Shown piece after piece: positions 54,301-64,000 of a stretch of 64,000 nucleotides of DNA (position 1 is its first letter; each line of letters opens with the position of its first letter). The notes under the pieces were generated by a model. That model searched no databases, was not told the origin of the DNA, and worked only from the letters and a program-made list of their open reading frames with translations. The position numbers were made by a program, and so were the translations under genes. Where the stretch lies: contig OZ024742.1 in assembly GCA_964016885.1 (NCBI GenBank), forward strand, positions 378,200,001 to 378,264,000, written 5' to 3'. The stretch comes from Eledone cirrhosa (taxonomy: Eukaryota).

Positions 54301-57300
54301 CCTCTACCAATACTGCCAAACCACCGCACTAACATAGTGTCCTACCCTCTACAAATACTGCCAAACCACATACTAACATGGTGTCCGACCCTCTACCGAC
54401 ACTGCCAGTTCACCACCCTAGATGGTGTCCTAACCTCCCAATACTGCCAATCCAGCACCCTAGCATGGGGTCCAACTTTCTACCAATACTGCCAATCCAC
54501 CACCCTAACATGGTGTCCAACCCTCTACCAATACAGCAAATCCACCAACCTAACATGGTGTCCAACCCTCTACCAATACTGCAAATCCACCACCCTAGCA
54601 TCGTGGCCAACCCTCTTCCAATACTGCCAATCCACCAACCTAGCATCGTGTCCAACCCTCTACCAATACTACCAATCCACCACCCTAGCATGGTGTCAGA
54701 CCCTCTACCAATACTGCCAATCCACCACAATAGCATGGTGTCCAACCCTCTGCCAATACTAGCAATCCACCGCCCTAACATGATTTCCAACCCTCTAGCA
54801 ATACTGGCAATCCACCACTCTAGCATGGTGTCCGACCCTCTACCGACACTGCCAAACCACCGCCCTAAAATGGTGTCCAACCCTCTACCAATACTGCCAA
54901 TCCACCACCCTAACATGGTGTCCAACCCTCTACCAATTCTGCCAATCCACCACCCTAGCATGGTGTCCTATTCTCTACCAATATTGCCAATCCACCACCC
55001 TAGCATGGTGTCAGACCCTCTACCAATACTGCCAATCCACCATCCTAGCATGGTGTCCAACACTCTGCCAATACTAGCAATCCACCGCCCTAACATGATG
55101 TCCAACCCTCTAGCAATACTGGCAATCCACCACCCAAGCATGGTGTCCGACCCTCTACCGACACTGCCAAACCACCGCCCTAAAATGGTGTCCAACCCTC
55201 TACCAATACTGCCAATCCACCACCCTAACATGGTGTCCTACTCTCTACCAATCCAATACTACCAATCAACCACCCTAGCATGGTGTCCTATTCTCTACCA
55301 ATACTGCCAATCCACCACCCTAGCATGGTTTCCAACCCTCTACCAATACTGCCAATCCACCACACTAACATGGTCCAACCCTCTACCAATACTGCCAATC
55401 CACCACCCTAGCATAGTGTCCAAACCTCTACCAATACTGCCAATCCACCACCCTAGCATAGTGTCAGACCCTCTACCAATACTGCCAATCCACCAACCTA
55501 GCATGGTGTCCGACCCTCTACCAATACTGCCAAGCCACCACCCTAGCATGGTGTCAACCCTCTACCAATGCTGCCAATCCACCACCCTAGAACGGTGTCT
55601 ACCCTCTATCAATACTGCCAATCCAGCACCCTAGCATGGGGTCAAACTTTCTACCAATACTGCCAATCCACCACACTAACATGGTGTCCAACTCTCTACC
55701 AATACTGCAAATCCACCACCCGAGCATCGTGCCCAACCCTCTTCCAATACTGTCAATCCACCACCCTACCATGGTGTCCAACCCTCTACCAATACTACCA
55801 ATCCACCGCCCTAACACGGTGTCCAACCATCTACCAATACTGCCAATCCACCACCCTAGCATGGTGTCCGAACCTCTACCAATACTGCCAATCCCCCACC
55901 CTAGCATGGTGTCCTATTCTCTACCAATACTGCCAATCCACCACCCTAGCATGGTGTCCTATCCTCTAACAATACTGCCAATCCACCACCCTAGCATGGT
56001 GTCCAACCCTCTGCCAATACTAGCAATCCACCGCCCTAACATGATGTCCAACCCTCTAGCAGTACTGGCAATCCACCACTCTAACATGGTGTCCGACCCT
56101 CTACCGACACTGCCAAACCACCGCCCTAAAATGGTGTCCAACCCTCTACCAATACTGCCAATCCACCACCCTAACATGGTGTCCTACTCTCTACCAATAC
56201 TACCAATCCACCACCCTAGTATGGTGTCCTATTCTCTACCAATACTGCCAATCCCCCACCCTAGCATAGTGTCCAACCCTTTAACAATACTGCCAATCCA
56301 CCACCCTAAAATGGTGTCCAACCCTCTACCAATGCTGCCAACCCACACCCTAGCATCGTGTTCAACCCTCTACCAATACTGCCAATCTACCACCCTAGCA
56401 TGGTGTCCTATTCTCTACCAATACTGCCAATCGACCACCCTAGCATGGTGTCCAACTTTCTACCGATACTGCCAATCCAGCACCCTAGCTTGGTGTCAGA
56501 CCCTCTACCAATACTGCCAACCCACCGCCCTAACATGGTGTCAGACCCTCTATCGATACTGCCAATCCACCACCCTAGCATGGTGACCTACTATCTACCA
56601 ATACTGCCAATCCACCACTTTAACATGGTGTCATACTTTCTAACAATACTACCAATCCACCACACTAGCATGGTGTCCTACCCTCTACCAATACTGCCAA
56701 TCCACCACCCTAGAATGGTGTCCTACCCTCTACCAATACTGCCAATCCACCACCCTAGCATGGTGTCCTATCCTCTACCAATACTGACAATCCACCACCC
56801 TAGCATGGTGTCCAACCCTCTGCCAATACTAGCAATCCACCGCCCTAACATGATGTCCAACCCTCTAGCAGTACTGGCAATCCACCACTCTAGCATGGTG
56901 TCCGACCCTCTACCGTCACTGCCAAACCACCGCCCTAAAATGGTGTCCAACCCTCTACCAATACTGCCAATCCACCACCCTAACATGGTGTCCTACTCTC
57001 TACCAATACTACCAATCCACCACCCTAGTATGGTGTCCTATTCTCTACCAATACTGCCAATCCACCACCCTAGCATAGTGTCCAACCCTTTAACAATACT
57101 GCCAATCCACCACCCTAACATGGTGTCCAACCCTCTACCAATGCTGCCAACCCACACCCTAGCATCGTGTTCAACCCTCTACCAATACTGCCAATCTACC
57201 ACCCTAGCATGGTGTCCTATTCTCTACCAATACTGCCAATCGACCACCCTAGCATGGTGTCCAACTTTCTACCGATACTGCCAATCCAGCACCCTAGCTT

Positions 57301-60300
57301 GGTGTCAGACCCTCTACCAATACTGCCAATCCACCGCCCTAACATGGTGTCAGACCCTCTATCGATACTGCCAATCCACCACCCTAGCATGGTGACCTAC
57401 TATCTACCAATACTGCCAATCCACCACTTTAACATGGTGTCATACTTTCTAACAATACAACCAATCCCCCACCCTAACACGGTGCCCTACCCTCTACCAA
57501 TACTGCCAATACCCCACCCTAACATGGTGTCCTACCCTCTACCAATACTGCCGATCCACCACCCTAGCATGGTGTCAGACCCTCTACCGATACTAGCAAT
57601 CCACCACCGTAAAATTGTGTCAGATCATCTACCAATACTGCCAATCCACCACCCTAGCATGGTGTCCCACCCTCTACCAATACTGCCAATCCACCACCCT
57701 AGCATGGTGTCCAACCCTCTGCCAATACTAGCAATCCACCGCCCTAACATGGTGTCCAACCCTCTAGCAATACTGGCAATACACCACCCAAGCATGGTGT
57801 CCGACCCTCTACCGACACTGCCAAACCACCGCCCTAAAATGGTGTCCAACCCTCTAGCAATACTGTCAATCCACCACCCTAACATGGTGTCCTACTCTCT
57901 ATCAATCCAATACTACCAATCCACCACCCTAGCATGGTGTCCTATTCTCTACCAATACTGCCAATCCACCACACTAACATTGTGCAACCCTCTACCAATA
58001 CTGCCAATCCACCATCCTAGCATGGTGTCCAAACCTCTACCAATACTGCCAATCAACCACCCTAGCATAGTGTCAAACCCTCTACCAATACTGCCAATCC
58101 ACCACCCTAGCATCGTGTCCGACCCTCTACCAATACTGCCAAGCCACCACCCTAGCATATTCAACCCTCTATCAATACTGCCAATCCACCGCCCTAGAAC
58201 GGTGTCCTACCCTCTATCAATACTGCCAATACACCACCCTAGCATGGTGTCAGAGGCTCTACCGATACTAGCAATCCACCACAATAACATGGTGTCCTAC
58301 CCTCTACCAATACTGCCAAGCCACGACTCTAGCATGGTGTCGAACCCTCTACGAATACTGCCAATCCACCACCCTTCCATGGTGTCCTACTCTCTACCGA
58401 TATTGGCAATCTACTACCCTAACATGGTGTCAGACCCTCTACCAATACAGCCAATCCACCACCCTAGCTTGGTATCCGACCCTCTACCAATACTGCCAAT
58501 CCACCACCCTAGCATGGTGTCCAACCCTCTACCAATACTAGCAATCCACCACCCTAACATGGTGTCCAACCCTCTACCAATACTGCCAATCCACCACCCA
58601 AGCATGGTGTCTGACCCTCTAACAATACTACCAAACCACCACCCTAGAATGGTGTCCTACCCTCTACTAATACTGCCAATCCACCACCCTAGCATAGTGT
58701 CCACCCTCTACCAATACTGCTTATCTACCACCCTAGCATGGTGTTCGACCCTCTACCAATACTGCCAAGCCACCACCCTAGCATTGTGTTCAACCCTCTA
58801 CCGATACTGCCAATCCACCACCCTAGAATAGTGTCCTACCCTCTACCAATACTGCCAATCCACCACCCTAGCATGGTGTCAGACCCTCTACCAATACTGC
58901 CAATCCACCACCCTAGCATGGTGTCCGACCATCTACCAATACTGCCAATCCACCACCATAGCGTGGTGTCCGACCCTCTACCGACACTGCCAAACCACCG
59001 CCCTAAAATGGTGTCCAACCCACTACCAATACTTACAATCCACCACCATAGCATGGTGTCCGACCCTCTACGAATATTGCCAATCCACCACCCTAGCATG
59101 GTGTCCTACCCTCTACCAATACTGCCAATCCACCACCCTAGCATGGTGTCCGACCCTCTACCGACACTGCCAATCCACCACCCTAGCATGGTGTCCAACC
59201 CTCTACCAATACTGCCAATCCACCACCCTAGCATGGTGTCCTACTCTCTACCGATACTAGCAATCCACTACCGTAACATGGTATCAGACACTCTACCAAT
59301 ACTGCCAATCCACCACCCTAGCATGGTGTACGACCCTCTACCAATACTGCCAATCCACCACCCTAGCATGGTGTCCGACCCTCTACAAATACTGCCAATC
59401 CACCACCCTAGCATTGTGTCCTACCCTCTACCAATACTGCAAATCCACCACCCCAACATGGTGTCCAACCCTCTACAAATACTGCCAATGGACCACCCTA
59501 GCATGGTGTCCTACCCTCTACCAATACTGCCAATCCACCACCCTAGCATGGTGTCAGACCCTCTACCGATACAAGCAATCCACTGCATTAACATGATGTC
59601 AGACCCTCTACCAATACTGCCAATCCTCCATACTTGCATGGTGTCCGACCCTCTACCAATACTGCCAATCCACCACCCTAGCATGGTGTCCTACTCTCTA
59701 CCAATACTGCCAATACACCACCCTATAATGGTGTCCTACTCTCTAACAATACTACCAATCCACCACACTAGCTTGGTGTCCTATTCTCTACCAATACTGC
59801 CAATCCACCACACTAACATGGTCCAACCCTCTACCAATACTGCCAATCCACCACCCTAACATGGTATCAGACCCTCTACCAATACTGCCAATCCACCACC
59901 CTAACATGGTATCAGACCCTCTACCAATACTGCCAATCCACCACCCTAACATGGTGTCAGACCCTCTACCAATACTGCCAATGCACCACCCTAGCATGGT
60001 GTCCTACCCTCTACCAATACTGCCAATCCACCACTCTATAATGGTGTCCTACTCTCTAACAATACTGCCAATCCTCCATACTTGCATGGTGTCCGACCCT
60101 CTACCAATACTGCCAATCCACCACCCTAGCATGGTGTCCTACTCTATACCAATACAACAAATCCCCCACCCTAACATGGTGCCCTACCCTCTGCCAATAC
60201 TTCCAATACCCCACCCTATCATGGTGTCCTACCCTCTACCAATACTGCCGATCCACCACCCTAGCCTGGTGTCAGAGCCTCTACCGATACTAGCAATCCA

Positions 60301-63300
60301 CCACCGTAACATGGTGTCAGACCATCTATCAATACTGCCAATCCACCACCCTAGCATGGTGTGCGACCCTCTACCAATACTGCCAATCCACCACCTTAGC
60401 ATGGTGTCCAACCATCTGCCAATACTGCCAATCCACCACCCTAGCATCGTGTCCAAACCGCTACCAATACTACCAATCCACCGCCCTAACATGGTGTCCA
60501 ACCATCTACGAATACTGCCAATCCACCACCCTAGCATGGTGTCCGATCCTCTACCAATACTGCCAATCCACCACCGTAGCATGGTGTCAGACCTCTACCA
60601 ATATTGCCAATACACCACCCTAGCATGGTGTCCAACCCTCTGCCAATACTAGCAATCCACCGCCCTAACATGGTGTCCAACCTTCTAGCAATACTGGCAA
60701 TCAACCACCCAAGCATGGTGTCCGACCCTCTACCGAGAAAGCCAAACCACCGCCATAAAATGGTGTCCAACCCTCTACCAATAGTGCCAATCCACCACAC
60801 TAACATGGTCCAACCTCTACCAATACTGCCAATTCACCACCCTAGCATGGTGTTCAAACCTCTACCAATACTGCCAATCCACCAACCTAGCATAGTGTCA
60901 GACCCTCTACCAATACTGCCAATCCACCACCCTAGCATGGTGTCCGATCCTCTACCGACACTGCCAAACCAGCGCCCTAAAATGGTATCCAACCCTCTAC
61001 CAATACTGCCAATCCACCACCCTAACATGGTGTCCTACTCTCTACCAATCCAATACTACCAATCCACCACCCTAGCATGGTGTCCTATTCTCTACCAATA
61101 CTGCCAATCCACCACACTAGCATGGTGTCCAACCCTCTACCAATACTGCCAATCCACCACACTAACGTGGTCCAACCCTCTACCAATACTGCCAATCCAC
61201 CACCCTAGCATGGTGTCCAAACCTCTACCAATACTGCCAATCCGCCACCCTAGCATAGTGTCAGACCCTCTACCAATACTGCCAATCCACCTCCCGAGCA
61301 TGGTGTCCGACCCTCTACCAATACTACCAAGCCACCACCCTTGCATGGTGTCAACCCTCTACCAATACTGCCAATCCACCACCCCAGAACGGTGTCCTAC
61401 CCTCTATCAATACTGCCAATCCACCACCTAGCATGGTGTCAGACGCTCTACCGATACTAGCAATCCACCACAATAACATGGTGTCCTACCCTCTACCAAT
61501 ACTGCCAAGCCACGACCCTAGCATGATGTCCAACCCTCTACCAATACTGCCAATCCACCACCCTAGAATGGTGTCCTACCCTCTACCAATACTGCCAATC
61601 CACCACCCTAGCATGGTGACCAACCCTCTACCAATACTGCCAATCCACCATCATAGTATGGTGTCTTACTCTCTACCAATACTGCCAATCCACCACCCTA
61701 GCATGGTGACCAATCCTCTACCAATACTGCCAATCCACCACCCTAGCATGGTGTCCAACCCTCTACCAATACTGCCAATCCACCACCCTAGCATGGTGTC
61801 CAACCCTCTACCAATACTGCCAATCCACCACCCTAGCATGGTGTCCAACCCTCTACCAATACTGCCAATCCACCACCCTAGCATGGTGTCCAACCCTCTA
61901 CCAATACTGCCAATCCACCACCCTAGCATGGTGACCAATCCTCTACCAATACTGCCAATCCACCACCCTAGCATGGTGTCCAACCCTCTACCAATACTGC
62001 CAATCCACCACCCTAACATGGTGTCCAACCCTCAACCAATACTGCCAAAGCACCACCCTAGCATGGTGTCCAACCCTCTAACAATACTGCCAATCCACCA
62101 CCTTCGCATGGTGATCTACCCTCTACCAATACTGCCAATCCACCACCCTAGCATGGTGTCAGACCCTCTACCAATACTGCCAATCCACCGCCCTAACATG
62201 GTGTCAGACCCTCTATCGATACTGCCAATCCACCACCCTAACATAGTGTCCTATTCTCTACGAATACTGCCAATCTACCACCCTAGCATGGTGTCCAACC
62301 CTCTACCAATACTAGCAATCCAGCGCCCTAGCATGGTGTCCGACCCTCTACCGACACTGCCAAACCACCGTCCTGAAATGGTGTCCAACCCTCCTCGAAT
62401 ACTGCCAATCCACCACCATTCCATAGTGCCCTACTCTCTACCGATATTAGCAATCCACTACCCTAACATGATGTCAGACCCTCTACCAATACTGCCAATC
62501 CACCACCCTAGCATGCTGTCCGACCCTCTACCAATACTGCCAATCCACCACCCTAGCATGGTGTCCAACCCTCTACCAATACTAGCAATCCACCACCCTA
62601 AGATGGTGTCCAACCCTCTACCAATACTGCCAATCCACCACCTTAGCATGGTCTCCGACCCTCTACCGACACTGCCAAACCACCGTCCTAAAATAGTGTC
62701 CAAACCTCTACGTATACTGCCAATCCACCACCATAGCATGGTGTCCAGTCCTCTACCAATACTGCCAATCTACCACCCTAGCATGGTGTCCTACTCTCTA
62801 ACAATACTGCCAATCCTCCACCCTAACATGGTGTCCTACCCTCTACCAATACTGCCAATCCACCGCCCTAACATGGTGTCCAACCCTCTACCAATACTGC
62901 CAATCCACCACCCTAGCATGGTGTCCTACCCTCTACCAATACTGCCAATCCACCACACTAGCATGGTGTCCAACCCTCTACCAATACTGCAAATCCACCA
63001 CCCTAGCATGGTGTCCTACCCTCTACCAATACTGCCAATCCACCACCCTACCATAGTGTCCATCCCTCTACCAATACTGCCAATCCACCGCCCTAGCATG
63101 GTGTCAGACCCTCTACCAATACTGCCAATCCACCGCCCTAACATTGTGTCCAACCCTCTACCAATACTGCCAATCCACCACCCTAGCATGGTGTCCTACC
63201 CTCTACCAATACTGCCAATCCACCACCCTAGCATGGTGTCCTACCCTCTACCAATACTGCCAATCCACCACCCTAGCATGGTGTCCTTCCCTCTGCCAAT

Positions 63301-64000
63301 ACTGTCAATCCACCACCCTAGCATGGTGTCCGACCTTCTACGAATACTACCAATCCACCACCCTAGCATGGTGTCCTACCCTCTACAAATACTGCCAATC
63401 CACCACTCTAGCATGGTGTCAGACCCTCTACCGATACTAGCAATCCACCACCCTAACATGGGTTTAGACCCTCTACCAATACTGCCAATCCACAACCCTA
63501 GCATGGAGTCCAACCCTCTACCAATACTGCCAATCCACCACCCTATCATGGTGTCCGACCCTCTACCAATACTGCCAATACACCACCCTAGCATAGTGTC
63601 AGACCCTGTACCAATACTCCCAATCCACCACCCTAGCATGGTGTCCGACCCTCTACCAATACTGCCAAGCCACCACCCTAGCATGGTGTCAACCCTCTAC
63701 CAATACTGCCAATCCACCACATAGCATGGTGTCAGACGCTCTACCGATACTATCAATCCACCACCCTAACATGGTGTCCTACCCTCTACCAATACTGCCA
63801 ATCCACCACCCTAGCATGGTGTCCAACCCTCTACAAATACTGCCAATCCACCACCCTAGAATGGTGTCCGACCCTCTACCAATACTGCCAATCCACCACC
63901 CTAGCATGGCGTCCAACCCTCTACCAATACTGCCAATCCACCACCCTAGCATGGTGTCCAACCCTCTACCAATACTGCCAATCGACCACCCTAGCATGGT
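39300..64000 (-). repeat. 45-bp SINE-head-derived satellite, about 550 copies, running off the right edge
   Basis: Plus-strand unit CTAGCATGGTGTCC(A/G/T)ACCCTCTACCAATACTGCCAATCCACCACC; its reverse complement matches the first ~43 nt of the SINE. Confidence 0.97.

Noticed and set aside
39295-63997. Pro/His-rich 15-aa repeat ORFs (MVSNPLPILPIHHPS)
   Set aside because: They are the antisense reading of a SINE-head satellite with many frameshifting indels; no evidence of a protein.
39300-64000. CRISPR-like array (also considered for 1-11718)
   Set aside because: There are no unique spacers and no cas genes, and the context is eukaryotic; variation is limited to point changes.

Overview
Repeat-dominated eukaryotic genomic DNA with no recognisable host gene. 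The AT-richness, (TA)n density and SINE/Penelope types suggest an invertebrate, probably a cephalopod such as Octopus (inference). The window has three parts. (1) 1-11718: a 69-bp satellite containing a 1794-bp (26-mer) higher-order repeat. (2) ~11.7-39.3 kb: nested transposons, many sitting in (TA)n tracts. These are a full-length but disabled CsRn1-type Ty3/Gypsy element, three Penelope-like (RT/GIY-YIG) remnants, RTE and R4/Dong LINE 3' ends, many tRNA-derived SINEs, two MITEs and several foldback palindromes. (3) 39300-64000: about 550 copies of a 45-bp satellite. Main observations: the 45-bp satellite is the amplified A-box head of a SINE and is still fused to that SINE's body; there are at least five hammerhead ribozyme motifs, two with a U3:A8 covariant core; one full-size hammerhead lies in a non-coding 635-bp partial-tandem, retrozyme-like unit; and there are recurrent 5'-inversion/foldback insertions, including a twin-priming-type RTE. 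The long repetitive ORFs in both satellites are artefacts of unit lengths divisible by 3.
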